Assembly (NCBI GenBank): GCA_964057225.1
Contig: OZ059895.1
Location: forward strand, 17,298,001 to 17,362,000
Length of the DNA stretch: 64,000 bases
Direction: 5' to 3'
DNA from: Auanema rhodensis
Lineage: Eukaryota > Animalia > Nematoda
Shown: positions 10,301 through 25,300 of the stretch, piece by piece
Position numbering within the stretch: the stretch's first letter is position 1
Layout of the letters: each line of letters starts with the position of its first letter
The notes under the pieces: model-generated
Database searches by the model: none
Seen by the model: only the letters and a program-made list of their open reading frames with translations
What the model was told of the DNA's origin: nothing
Program-made: the position numbers and the translations under genes

Positions 10301-13300
10301 TCTTTTTAGAGTTTTTCAAACTGTTTGGAGGATACATTGGTGCTTCTTGAAACTTTTACTTCAGGTTACATCTTCTCTTATTCATTCAAATGAAATCTTT
10401 ATGTTCAATATGTACACGCATTGTTGAAAGTGACTAAGAGATTATTATGGACAAATAAAAATAACTTATCAAGCCTCATTGGCTCAGGGGCAGAGCGTCT
10501 GTCTAGTAAACATTCCAGCTTGAGGCATCTTTTTAGACTTTCTCAAACTATTTTGAGGATTAATTCGTGCTTCTTGAAGCTTTTACTTCAGGTTACATCT
10601 TCTCTTATTCATTCGAATGAAATGTTTCAATTGAATATGTACACGCATTGTTGAAAGTGACTAAGAGATTATCATCGAGAAATGAAAACAATTCATCAAG
10701 CCTCATTGGCTCAGGGGCAGAGCGTCTGTCTAGTAAACAGAAGGTCGCTGGTTCGATTCCAGCATGAGGCATCGTTTTAGACTTTTTCAAACTATTTTGA
10801 GGATTAATTCGTGCTTCTTGAAGCTTTTACTTCTGGTTACATCTTCTCTTATTCATTCGAATGAAATATTTTACTTCAATACGGAGCAGTATTGTTGAAA
10901 GTGACTAAGAGATTATTATCGACAAATGAAAATAACTTATCAAGCCTCATTGGCTCAGGGGCAGAGCGTCTGTCTAGTAAACATTCCAGCATGAGGCATC
11001 TTTTTAGACTTTCTCAAACTATTTTTAGGATTCATTCGTGCTTCTCGAAGTTTTTACTTCAGGTTACATCTTCTCTTATTCATTCGAATGAAATATTTTA
11101 CTTCAATACGGAGCTGTATTGTTAAAAGTGACTAAGAGATTATTATCGACAATTGAAAATAACTTATCAAGCCTCATTGGCTCAGGGGCAGAGCGTCTGT
11201 CTAGTCGATTCCAGCATGAGGTATCGTTTTAGACTTTTTCAAACTATTTTGAGGATTAATTCGTGCTTCTTGAAGCTTTTACTTCGGGTTACATCTTCTC
11301 TTATTCATTCAAATGAAATGTTTCAATTGAATATGTACACGCATTGTTGAAAGTGACTAAGAGATTATTAGCGACAAATGAAAATAACTTATCAAGCCTC
11401 ATTGGCTCAGGGGCAGAGCGTCTGTCTAGTAAACATTCCAGCATGAGGCATCGTTTTAGACTTTCTCAAACTATTTTTAGGATTCATTCGTGCTTCTTGA
11501 AGCTTTTACTTCAGGTTACATCTACTCTTATTCATTCGAATGAAATATTTTACTTCAATACGGAGTAGTATTGTTGAAAGTGACTAAGAGATTATTATCG
11601 ACAAATGAAAACAACTTATCAAGCCTCATTGGCTCAGGGGCAGAGCGTCTGTCTAGTAAACAGAAGGTCGCTGGTTCGATTCCAGCATGAGGCATCGTTT
11701 TAGACTTTTTCAAACTATTTTGAGGATTAATTCGTGCTTCTTGAAGCTTTTACTTCAGGTTACATCTTCTCTTATTCATTCAAATGAAATGTTTCAATTG
11801 AATATGTACACGCATTGTTGAAAGTGACTAAGAGATTATAATAGAGAAATGAGAATAACTTATCAAGCCTCATTGGCTCAGGGGCAGAGCGTCTGTCTAG
11901 TAAACATTCCAGCTTGAGGCATCTTTTTAGACTTTCTCAAACTATTTTGAGGATTAATTCGTGCTTCTTGAAGCTTTTACTTCAGGTTACATCTTCTCTT
12001 ATTCATTCGAATGAAATGTTTCAATTGAATATGTACACGCATTGTTGAAAGTGACTAAGAGATTATCATCGAGAAATGAAAACAATTTATCAAGCCTCAT
12101 TGGCTCAGGGGCAGAGCGTCTGTCTAGTAAACAGAAGGTCGCTGGTTCGATTCCAGCATGAGGCATCGTTTTAGACTTTTTCAAACTATTTTTAGGATTC
12201 ATTCGTGCTTCTCGAAGCTTTTACTTCAGGTTACATCTTCTCTTATTCATTCGAAAGAAATATTTTACTTCAATATGGAGCAGTATTGTTAAAAGTGACT
12301 AAGAGATTATAATCGACAAATGAGAATAACTTATTAAGCCTCATTGGCTCAGGGGCAGAGCGTCTGTCTAGTAAACAGAAGGTCGCTGTTTCGATTCCAG
12401 CATGAGGCATCTTTTTAGAGTTTTTCAAACTGTTTGGAGGATACATTGGTGCTTCTTGAAACTTTTGCTTCAGATTATATCTTCTCTTATTCATTCAAAT
12501 GAAATGTTTCAATTGAATATGTACACGCATAGTTGAAAGTGACTAAGAGATTATTATCGACAAATGAAATCAATTTATCAAGCCTCATTGGCTCAGGGGC
12601 AGAGCGTCTGTCTAGTAAACAGAAGGTCGCTGGTTCGATTCCAGCATGAGGCATCTTTTTAGAGTTTTTCAAACTGTTTGGAGGATACATTGGTGCTTCT
12701 TGAAACTTTTACTTCAGGTTACATCTTCTCTTATTCATTCAAATGAAATCTTTATGTTCAATATGTACACGCATTGTTGAAAGTGACTAAGAGATTATTA
12801 TGGACAAATGAAAATAACTTATCAAGCCTCATTGTCTCAGGGGCAGAGCGTCTGTCTAGTAAACAGAAGGTCGCTGGTTCGATTCCAGCATGAGGCATCG
12901 TTTTAGACTTTTTCAAACTATTTTGAGGATTAATTCGTGCTTCTTGAAGCTTTTACTTCAGGTTACATCTTCTCTTATTCATTCAAATGAAATGTTTCAA
13001 TTGAATATGTACACGCATTGTTGAAAGTGACTAAGAGATTATAATAGAGAAATGAGAATAACTTATCAAGCCTCATTGGCTCAGGGGCAGAGCGTCTGTC
13101 TAGTAAACATTCCAGCTTGAGGCATCTTTTTAGACTTTCTCAAACTATTTTGAGGATTAATTCGTGCTTCTTGAAGCTTTTACTTCAGGTTACATCTTCT
13201 CTTATTCATTCGAATGAAATGTTTCAATTGAATATGTACACGCATTGTTGAAAGTGACTAAGAGATTATCATCGAGAAATGAAAACAATTTATCAAGCCT

Positions 13301-16300
13301 CATTGGCTCAGGGGCAGAGCGTCTGTCTAGTAAACAGAAGGTCGCTGGTTCGATTCCAGCATGAGGCATCGTTTTAGACTTTTTCAAACTATTTTTAGGA
13401 TTCATTCGTGCTTCTCGAAGCTTTTACTTCAGGTTACATCTTCTCTTATTCATTCGAAAGAAATATTTTACTTCAATATGGAGCAGTATTGTTAAAAGTG
13501 ACTAAGAGATTATAATCGACAAATGAGAATAACTTATTAAGCCTCATTGGCTCAGGGGCAGAGCGTCTGTCTAGTAAACAGAAGGTCGCTGTTTCGATTC
13601 CAGCATGAGGCATCTTTTTAGAGTTTTTCAAACTGTTTGGAGGATACATTGGTGCTTCTTGAAACTTTTGCTTCAGATTATATCTTCTCTTATTCATTCA
13701 AATGAAATGTTTCAATTGAATATGTACACGCATAGTTGAAAGTGACTAAGAGATTATTATCGACAAATGAAATCAATTTATCAAGCCTCATTGGCTCAGG
13801 GGCAGAGCGTCTGTCTAGTAAACAGAAGGTCGCTGGTTCGATTCCAGCATGAGGCATCTTTTTAGAGTTTTTCAAACTGTTTGGAGGATACATTGGTGCT
13901 TCTTGAAACTTTTACTTCAGGTTACATCTTCTCTTATTCATTCAAATGAAATCTTTATGTTCAATATGTACACGCATTGTTGAAAGTGACTAAGAGATTA
14001 TTATGGACAAATGAAAATAACTTATCAAGCCTCATTGTCTCAGGGGCAGAGCGTCTGTCTAGTAAACATTCCAGCTTGAGGCATCTTTTTAGACTTTCTC
14101 AAACTATTTTGAGGATTAATTCGTGCTTCTTGAAGCTTTTACTTCAGGTTACATCTTCTCTTATTCATTCGAATGAAATGTTTCAATTGAATATGTACAC
14201 GCATTGTTGAAAGTGACTAAGAGATTATCATCGAGAAATGAAAACAATTTATCAAGCCTCATTGGCTCAGGGGCAGAGCGTCTGTCTAGTAAACAGAAGG
14301 TCGCTGGTTCGATTCCAGCATGAGGCATCGTTTTAGACTTTTTCAAACTATTTTGAGGATTAATTCGTGCTTCTTGAAGCTTTTACTTCTGGTTACATCT
14401 TCTCTTATTCATTCGAATGAAATATTTTACTTCAATACGGAGCAGTATTGTTGAAAGTGACTAAGAGATTATTATCGACAAATGAAAATAACTTATCAAG
14501 CCTCATTGGCTCAGGGGCAGAGCGTCTGTCTAGTAAACATTCCAGCATGAGGCATCTTTTTAGACTTTCTCAAACTATTTTTAGGATTCATTCGTGCTTC
14601 TCGAAGTTTTTACTTCAGGTTACATCTTCTCTTATTCATTCGAATGAAATATTTTACTTCAATACGGAGCTGTATTGTTAAAAGTGACTAAGAGATTATT
14701 ATCGACAATTGAAAATAACTTATCAAGCCTCATTGGCTCAGGGGCAGAGCGTCTGTCTAGTCGATTCCAGCATGAGGTATCGTTTTAGACTTTCTCAAAC
14801 TATTTTGAGGATTCATTCGTGCTTCTTGAAGCTTTTACTTCAGGTTACATCTACTCTTATTCGTTCGAATGAAATATTTTACTTCAATACGGAGCAGTAT
14901 TGTTAAAAGTGACTAAGAGATTATAATAGAGAAATGAGAATAACTTATCAAGCCTCATTGGCTCAGGGGCAGAGCGTCTGTCTAGTCGATTCCAGCATGA
15001 GGTATCGTTTTAGACTTTCTCAAACTATTTTGAGGATTAATTCGTACTTCTTGAAACTTTTGCTTCAGGTTACATCTTCTCTTATTCATTCAAATGAAAT
15101 GTTTCAATTGAATATGTACACGCATTGTTGAAAGTGACTAAGAGATTATTATCGACAAATGAAAATAACTTATCAAGCCTCATTGGCTCAGGGGCAGAGC
15201 GTCTGTCTAGTAAACATTCCAGCTTGAGGCATCTTTTTAGACTTTCTCAAACTATTTTTAGGATGTATTCGTGTTTTTCGAAGCTTTTACTTCAGGTTAC
15301 ATCTTCTCTTATTCATTCGATTGAAATATTTTACTTCAATACGGAGCAGTATTGTTAAAAGTGACAAAGTGATTATTATCGACAAATGAAAACAACTTAT
15401 CAAGCCTCATTGGCTCAGGGGCAGAGCGTCTGTCTAGTCGATTCCAGCATGAGGCATCGTTTTAGACTTTGTCAAACTATTTTGAGGATTAATTCGTGAT
15501 TCTTGAAGCTTTTACTTCAGGTTACATCTTCTCTTATTCATTCGATTGAAATGTTTTACTTCAATACGGAGCAGTATTGTTAAAAGTGACAAAGTGATTA
15601 TTATCGACAAATGAAAACAACTTATCAAGCCTCATTGGCTCAGGGGCAGAGCGTCTGTCTAGTAAACAGAAGGTCGCTGGTTCGATTCCAGCATGAGGCA
15701 TCGTTTTAGACTTTTTCAAACTATTTTGAGGATTAATTCGTGCTTCTTGAAGCTTTTACTTCAGGTTACATCTTCTCTTATTCATTCGATTGAAATATTT
15801 TACTTCAATACGGAGCAGTATTGTTAAAAGTGACAAAGTGATTATTATCGACAAATGAAAACAACTTATCAAGCCTCATTGGCTCAGGGGCAGAGCGTCT
15901 GTCTAGTCGATTCCAGCATGAGGCATCGTTTTAGACTTTCTCAAACTATTTTGAGGATTAATTAGTGCTTCTTGAAGCTTTTACTTCAGGTTACATCTTC
16001 TCTTATTCATTCGATTGAAATATTTTACTTCAATACGGAGCAGTATTGTTAAAAGTGACAAAGTGATTATTATCGACAAATGAAAACAACTTATCAAGCC
16101 TCATTGGCTCAGGGGCAGAGCGTCTGTCTAGTCGATTCCAGCATGAGGCATCGTTTTAGACTTTCTCAAACTATTTTGAGGATTAATTCGTGCTTCTTGA
16201 AGCTTTTACTTCAGGTTACATCTTCTCTTATTCATTCGAATGAAATATTTTACTTCAATACGGAGCAGTATTGTTGAAAGTGACTAAGAGATTATTATCG

Positions 16301-19300
16301 ACAAATGAAAACAACTTATCAAGCCTCATTGGCTCAGGGGCAGAGCGTCTGTCTAGTAAACAGAAGGTCGCTGATTCGATTCCAGCATGAGGCATCGTTT
16401 TAGACTTTTTCAAACTATTTTGAGGATTAATTCGTGCTTCTTGAAGCTTTTACTTCAGGTTACATCTTCTCTTATTCATTCAAATGAAATGTTTCAATTG
16501 AATATGTACACGCATTGTTGAAAGTGACTAAGAGATTATTATCGACAAATGAAAATAACTTATCAAGCCTCATTGGCTCAGGGGCAGAGCGTCTGTCTAG
16601 TAAACATTCCAGCTTGAGGCATCTTTTTAGACTTTCTCAAACTATTTTTAGGATTTATTCGTGCTTCTCGAAGCTTTTACTTCAGGTTACATCTTCTCTT
16701 ATTCATTCGATTGAAATATTTTACTTCAATACGGAGCAGTATTGTTAAAAGTGACAAAGTGATTATTATCGACAAATGAAAACAACTTATCAAGCCTCAT
16801 TGGCTCAGGGGCAGAGCGTCTGTCTAGTCGATTCCAGCATGAGGCATCGTTTTAGACTTTCTCAAACTATTTTGAGGATTAATTCGTGCTTCTTGAAGCT
16901 TTTACTTCAGGTTACATCTTCTCTTATTCATTCGAATGAAATATTTTACTTCAATACGGAGCAGTATTGTTGAAAGTGACTAAGAGATTATTATCGACAA
17001 ATGAAAACAACTTATCAAGCCTCATTGGCTCAGGGGCAGAGCGTCTGTCTAGTAAACAGAAGGTCGCTGGTTCGATTCCAGCATGAGGCATCGTTTTAGA
17101 CTTTTTCAAACTATTTTGAGGATTAATTCGTGCTTCTTGAAGCTTTTACTTCAGGTTACATCTTCTCTTATTCATTCAAATGAAATGTTTCAATTGAATA
17201 TGTACACGCATTGTTGAAAGTGACTAAGAGATTATTATCGACAAATGAAAATAACTTATCAAGCCTCATTGGCTCAGGGGCAGAGCGTCTGTCTAGTAAA
17301 CATTCCAGCTTGAGGCATCTTTTTAGACTTTCTCAAACTATTTTGAGGATTAATTCGTGCTTCTTGAAGCTTTTACTTCAGGATACATCTTCTCTTATTC
17401 ATTCGAATGAAATATTTTACTTCAATACGGAGCAGTATTGTTAAAAGTGACTAAGAGATTATTATCGACAAATGAAAACAACTTATCAAGCCTCATTGGC
17501 TCAGGGGCAGAGCGTCTGTCTAGTAAACAGAAGGTCGCTGGTTCGATTCCAGCATGAGGCATCGTTTTAGACTTTTTCAAACTATTTTGAGGATTAATTC
17601 GTGCTTCTTGAAGCTTTTACTTCAGGTTACATCTTCTCTTATTCATTCAAATGAAATGTTTCAATTGAATATGTACACGCATTGTTGAAAGTGACTAAGA
17701 GATTATTATCGACAAATGAAAATAACTTATCAAGCCTCATTGGCTCAGGGGCAGAGCGTCTGTCTAGTAAACATTCCAGCTTGAGGCATCTTTTTAGACT
17801 TTCTCAAACTATTTTTAGGATTTATTCGTGCTTCTCGAAGCTTTTACTTCAGGTTACATCTTCTCTTATTCATTCGATTGAAATATTTTACTTCAATACG
17901 GAGCAGTATTGTTAAAAGTGACAAAGTGATTATTATCGACAAATGAAAACAACTTATCAAGCCTCATTGGCTCAGGGGCAGAGCGTCTGTCTAGTAAACA
18001 TTCCAGCTTGAGGCATCTTTTTAGACTTTCTCAAACTATTTTTAGGATTTATTCGTGCTTCTCGAAGCTTTTACTTCAGGTTACATCTTCTCTTATTCAT
18101 TCAAATGAAATGTTTCAATTGAATATGTACACGCATTGTTGAAAGTGACTAAGAGATTATTATCGACAAATGAAAATAACTTATCAAGCCTCATTGGCTC
18201 AGGGGCAGAGCGTCTGTCTAGTAAACATTCCAGCATGAGGTATCGTTTTAGACTTTCTCAAACTATTTTGAGGATTCATTCGTGCTTCTTGAAGCTTTTA
18301 CTTCAGGTTACATCTACTCTTATTCATTCGAATGAAATATTTTACTTCAATACGGAGCAGTATTGTTAAAAGTGACTAAGAGATTATTATCGACAAATGA
18401 AAACAACTTATCAAGCCTCATTGGCTCAGGGGCAGAGCGTCTGTCTAGTAAACAGAAGGTCGCTGGTTCGATTCCAGCATGAGGCATCGTTTTAGACTTT
18501 TTCAAACTATTTTGAGGATTAATTCGTGCTTCTTGAAGCTTTTACTTCAGGTTACATCTTCTCTTATTCATTCAAATGAAATGTTTCAATTGAATATGTA
18601 CACGCATTGTTGAAAGTGACTAAGAGATTATTATCGACAAATGAAAATAACTTATCAAGCCTCATTGGCTCAGGGGCAGAGCGTCTGTCTAGTAAACATT
18701 CCAGCTTGAGGCATCTTTTTAGACTTTCTCAAACTATTTTTAGGATTTATTCGTGCTTCTCGAAGCTTTTACTTCAGGTTACATCTTCTCTTATTCATTC
18801 GATTGAAATATTTTACTTCAATACGGAGCAGTATTGTTAAAAGTGACAAAGTGATTATTATCGACAAATGAAAACAACTTATCAAGCCTCATTGGCTCAG
18901 GGGCAGAGCGTCTGTCTAGTAAACATTCCAGCTTGAGGCATCTTTTTAGACTTTCTCAAACTATTTTTAGGATTTATTCGGGCTTCTCGAAGCTTTTACT
19001 TCAGGTTACATCTTCTCTTATTCATTCGATTGAAATATTTTACTTCAATACGGAGCAGTATTGTTAAAAGTGACAAAGTGATTATTATCGACAAATGAAA
19101 ACAACTTATCAAGCCTCATTGGCTCAGGGGCAGAGCGTCTGTCTAGTAAACATTCCAGCTTGAGGCATCTTTTTAGACTTTCTCAAACTATTTTTAGGAT
19201 TTATTCGTGCTTCTCGAAGCTTTTACTTCAGGTTACATCTTCTCTTATTCATTCGATTGAAATATTTTACTTCAATACGGAGCAGTATTGTTAAAAGTGA

Positions 19301-22300
19301 CAAAGTGATTATTATCGACAAATGAAAACAACTTATCAAGCCTCATTGGCTCAGGGGCAGAGCGTCTGTCTAGTAAACATTCCAGCTTGAGGCATCTTTT
19401 TAGACTTTCTCAAACTATTTTTAGGATTTATTCGTGCTTCTCGAAGCTTTTACTTCAGGTTACATCTTCTCTTATTCATTCGATTGAAATATTTTACTTC
19501 AATACGGAGCAGTATTGTTAAAAGTGACAAAGTGATTATTATCGACAAATGAAAACAACTTATCAAGCCTCATTGGCTCAGGGGCAGAGCGTCTGTCTAG
19601 TCGATTCCAGCATGAGGCATCGTTTTAGACTTTCTCAAACTATTTTTAGGATTTATTCGTGCTTCTCGAAGCTTTTACTTCAGGTTACATCTTCTCTTAT
19701 TCATTCGATTGAAATATTTTACTTCAATACGGAGCAGTATTGTTGAAAGTGACTAAGAGATTATTATCGACAAATGAAAATAACTTATCAAGCCTCATTG
19801 GCTCAGGGGCAGAGCGTCTGTCTAGTAAACATTCCAGCTTGAGGCATCTTTTTAGACTTTCTCAAACTATTTTTAGGATTTATTCGTGCTTCTCGAAGCT
19901 TTTACTTCAGGTTACATCTTCTCTTATTCATTCGAATGAAATGTTTCAATTGAATATGTACACGCATTGTTGAAAGTGACTAAGAGATTATCATCGAGAA
20001 ATGAAAACAATTTATCAAGCCTCATTGGCTCAGGGGCAGAGCGTCTGTCTAGTAAACAGAAGGTCGCTGGTTCGATTCCAGCATGAGGCATCGTTTTAGA
20101 CTTTTTCAAACTATTTTTAGGATTCATTCGTGCTTCTCGAAGCTTTTACTTCTGGTTACATCTTCTCTTATTCATTCGAATGAAATATTTTACTTCAATA
20201 CGGAGCAGTATTGTTGAAAGTGACTAAGAGATTATTATCGACAAATGAAAACAACTTATCAAGCCTCATTGGCTCAGGGGCAGAGCGTCTGTCTAGTCGA
20301 TTCCAGCATGAGGCATCGTTTTAGACTTTCTCAAACTATTTTGAGGATTAATTCGTGCTTCTTGAAGCTTTTACTTCAGGTTACATCTTCTCTTATTCAT
20401 TCGAATGAAATATTTTACTTCAATACGGAGCAGTATTGTTGAAAGTGACTAAGAGATTATTATCGACAAATGAAAACAACTTATCAAGCCTCATTGGCTC
20501 AGGGGCAGAGCGTCTGTCTAGTAAACAGAAGGTCGCTGGTTCGATTCCAGCATGAGGCATCGTTTTAGACTTTTTCAAACTATTTTGAGGATTAATTCGT
20601 GCTTCTTGAAGCTTTTACTTCAGGTTACATCTTCTCTTATTCATTCAAATGAAATGTTTCAATTGAATATGTACACGCATTGTTGAAAGTGACTAAGAGA
20701 TTATTATCGACAAATGAAAATAACTTATCAAGCCTCATTGGCTCAGGGGCAGAGCGTCTGTCTAGTAAACATTCCAGCATGAGGTATCGTTTTAGACTTT
20801 CTCAAACTATTTTGAGGATTCATTCGTGCTTCTTGAAGCTTTTACTTCAGGTTACATCTACTCTTATTCATTCGAATGAAATATTTTACTTCAATACGGA
20901 GCAGTATTGTTAAAAGTGACTAAGAGATTATTATCGACAAATGAAAACAACTTATCAAGCCTCATTGGCTCAGGGGCAGAGCGTCTGTCTAGTAAACAGA
21001 AGGTCGCTGGTTCGATTCCAGCATGAGGCATCGTTTTAGACTTTTTCAAACTATTTTGAGGATTAATTCGTGCTTCTTGAAGCTTTTACTTCAGGTTACA
21101 TCTTCTCTTATTCATTCAAATGAAATGTTTCAATTGAATATGTACACGCATTGTTGAAAGTGACTAAGAGATTATTATCGACAAATGAAAATAACTTATC
21201 AAGCCTCATTGGCTCAGGGGCAGAGCGTCTGTCTAGTAAACAGAAGGTCGCTGGTTCGATTCCAGCATGAGGCATCGTTTTAGACTTTTTCAAACTATTT
21301 TGAGGATTAATTCGTGCTTCTTGAAGCTTTTACTTCAGGTTACATCTTCTCTTATTCATTCAAATGAAATGTTTCAATTGAATATGTACACGCATTGTTG
21401 AAAGTGACTAAGAGATTATTATCGACAAATGAAAATAACTTATCAAGCCTCATTGGCTCAGGGGCAGAGCGTCTGTCTAGTAAACAGAAGGTCGCTGGTT
21501 CGATTCCAGCATGAGGCATCGTTTTAGACTTTTTCAAACTATTTTTAGGATTTATTCGTGCTTCTCGAAGCTTTTACTTCAGGTTACATCTTCTCTTATT
21601 CATTCGATTGAAATATTTTACTTCAATACGGAGCAGTATTGTTAAAAGTGACAAAGTGATTATTATCGACAAATGAAAACAACTTATCAAGCCTCATTGG
21701 CTCAGGGGCAGAGCGTCTGTCTAGTAAACATTCCAGCTTGAGGCATCTTTTTAGACTTTCTCAAACTATTTTTAGGATTTATTCGGGCTTCTCGAAGCTT
21801 TTACTTCAGGTTACATCTTCTCTTATTCATTCGATTGAAATATTTTACTTCAATACGGAGCAGTATTGTTAAAAGTGACAAAGTGATTATTATCGACAAA
21901 TGAAAACAACTTATCAAGCCTCATTGGCTCAGGGGCAGAGCGTCTGTCTAGTAAACATTCCAGCTTGAGGCATCTTTTTAGACTTTCTCAAACTATTTTT
22001 AGGATTTATTCGTGCTTCTCGAAGCTTTTACTTCAGGTTACATCTTCTCTTATTCATTCGATTGAAATATTTTACTTCAATACGGAGCAGTATTGTTAAA
22101 AGTGACAAAGTGATTATTATCGACAAATGAAAACAACTTATCAAGCCTCATTGGCTCAGGGGCAGAGCGTCTGTCTAGTAAACATTCCAGCTTGAGGCAT
22201 CTTTTTAGACTTTCTCAAACTATTTTTAGGATTTATTCGTGCTTCTCGAAGCTTTTACTTCAGGTTACATCTTCTCTTATTCATTCGATTGAAATATTTT

Positions 22301-25300
22301 ACTTCAATACGGAGCAGTATTGTTAAAAGTGACAAAGTGATTATTATCGACAAATGAAAACAACTTATCAAGCCTCATTGGCTCAGGGGCAGAGCGTCTG
22401 TCTAGTCGATTCCAGCATGAGGCATCGTTTTAGACTTTCTCAAACTATTTTTAGGATTTATTCGTGCTTCTCGAAGCTTTTACTTCAGGTTACATCTTCT
22501 CTTATTCATTCGATTGAAATATTTTACTTCAATACGGAGCAGTATTGTTGAAAGTGACTAAGAGATTATTATCGACAAATGAAAATAACTTATCAAGCCT
22601 CATTGGCTCAGGGGCAGAGCGTCTGTCTAGTAAACATTCCAGCTTGAGGCATCTTTTTAGACTTTCTCAAACTATTTTTAGGATTTATTCGTGCTTCTCG
22701 AAGCTTTTACTTCAGGTTACATCTTCTCTTATTCATTCGAATGAAATGTTTCAATTGAATATGTACACGCATTGTTGAAAGTGACTAAGAGATTATCATC
22801 GAGAAATGAAAACAATTTATCAAGCCTCATTGGCTCAGGGGCAGAGCGTCTGTCTAGTAAACAGAAGGTCGCTGGTTCGATTCCAGCATGAGGCATCGTT
22901 TTAGACTTTTTCAAACTATTTTTAGGATTCATTCGTGCTTCTCGAAGCTTTTACTTCTGGTTACATCTTCTCTTATTCATTCGAATGAAATATTTTACTT
23001 CAATACGGAGCAGTATTGTTGAAAGTGACTAAGAGATTATTATCGACAAATGAAAACAACTTATCAAGCCTCATTGGCTCAGGGGCAGAGCGTCTGTCTA
23101 GTCGATTCCAGCATGAGGCATCGTTTTAGACTTTCTCAAACTATTTTGAGGATTAATTCGTGCTTCTTGAAGCTTTTACTTCAGGTTACATCTTCTCTTA
23201 TTCATTCGAATGAAATATTTTACTTCAATACGGAGCAGTATTGTTGAAAGTGACTAAGAGATTATTATCGACAAATGAAAACAACTTATCAAGCCTCATT
23301 GGCTCAGGGGCAGAGCGTCTGTCTAGTAAACAGAAGGTCGCTGGTTCGATTCCAGCATGAGGCATCGTTTTAGACTTTTTCAAACTATTTTGAGGATTAA
23401 TTCGTGCTTCTTGAAGCTTTTACTTCAGGTTACATCTTCTCTTATTCATTCAAATGAAATGTTTCAATTGAATATGTACACGCATTGTTGAAAGTGACTA
23501 AGAGATTATTATCGACAAATGAAAATAACTTATCAAGCCTCATTGGCTCAGGGGCAGAGCGTCTGTCTAGTAAACAGAAGGTCGCTGGTTCGATTCCAGC
23601 ATGAGGCATCGTTTTAGACTTTTTCAAACTATTTTGAGGATTAATTCGTGCTTCTTGAAGCTTTTACTTCAGGTTACATCTTCTCTTATTCATTCAAATG
23701 AAATGTTTCAATTGAATATGTACACGCATTGTTGAAAGTGACTAAGAGATTATTATCGACAAATGAAAATAACTTATCAAGCCTCATTGGCTCAGGGGCA
23801 GAGCGTCTGTCTAGTAAACATTCCAGCTTGAGGCATCTTTTTAGACTTTCTCAAACTATTTTTAGGATTTATTCGTGCTTCTCGAAGCTTTTACTTCAGG
23901 TTACATCTTCTCTTATTCATTCGATTGAAATATTTTACTTCAATACGGAGCAGTATTGTTAAAAGTGACAAAGTGATTATTATCGACAAATGAAAACAAC
24001 TTATCAAGCCTCATTGGCTCAGGGGCAGAGCGTCTGTCTAGTAAACATTCCAGCTTGAGGCATCTTTTTAGACTTTCTCAAACTATTTTTAGGATTTATT
24101 CGTGCTTCTCGAAGCTTTTACTTCAGGTTACATCTTCTCTTATTCATTCAAATGAAATGTTTCAATTGAATATGTACACGCATTGTTGAAAGTGACTAAG
24201 AGATTATTATCGACAAATGAAAATAACTTATCAAGCCTCATTGGCTCAGGGGCAGAGCGTCTGTCTAGTAAACATTCCAGCATGAGGTATCGTTTTAGAC
24301 TTTCTCAAACTATTTTGAGGATTCATTCGTGCTTCTTGAAGCTTTTACTTCAGGTTACATCTACTCTTATTCATTCGAATGAAATATTTTACTTCAATAC
24401 GGAGCAGTATTGTTAAAAGTGACTAAGAGATTATTATCGACAAATGAAAACAACTTATCAAGCCTCATTGGCTCAGGGGCAGAGCGTCTGTCTAGTAAAC
24501 AGAAGGTCGCTGGTTCGATTCCAGCATGAGGCATCGTTTCAGACTTTTTCAAACTATTTTGAGGATTAATTCGTGCTTCTTGAAGCTTTTACTTCAGGTT
24601 ACATCTTCTCTTATTCATTCAAATGAAATGTTTCAATTGAATATGTACACGCATTGTTGAAAGTGACTAAGAGATTATTATCGACAAATGAAAATAACTT
24701 ATCAAGCCTCATTGGCTCAGGGGCAGAGCGTCTGTCTAGTAAACTTTCCAGCTTGAGGCATCTTTTTAGACTTTCTCAAACTATTTTTAGGATTTATTCG
24801 TGCTTCTCGAAGCTTTTACTTCAGGTTACATCTTCTCTTATTCATTCGATTGAAATATTTTACTTCAATACGGAGCAGTATTGTTAAAAGTGACAAAGTG
24901 ATTATTATCGACAAATGAAAACAACTTATCAAGCCTCATTGGCTCAGGGGCAGAGCGTCTGTCTAGTAAACATTCCAGCTTGAGGCATCTTTTTAGACTT
25001 TCTCAAACTATTTTTAGGATTTATTCGGGCTTCTCGAAGCTTTTACTTCAGGTTACATCTTCTCTTATTCATTCGATTGAAATATTTTACTTCAATACGG
25101 AGCAGTATTGTTAAAAGTGACAAAGTGATTATTATCGACAAATGAAAACAACTTATCAAGCCTCATTGGCTCAGGGGCAGAGCGTCTGTCTAGTAAACAT
25201 TCCAGCTTGAGGCATCTTTTTAGACTTTCTCAAACTATTTTTAGGATTTATTCGTGCTTCTCGAAGCTTTTACTTCAGGTTACATCTTCTCTTATTCATT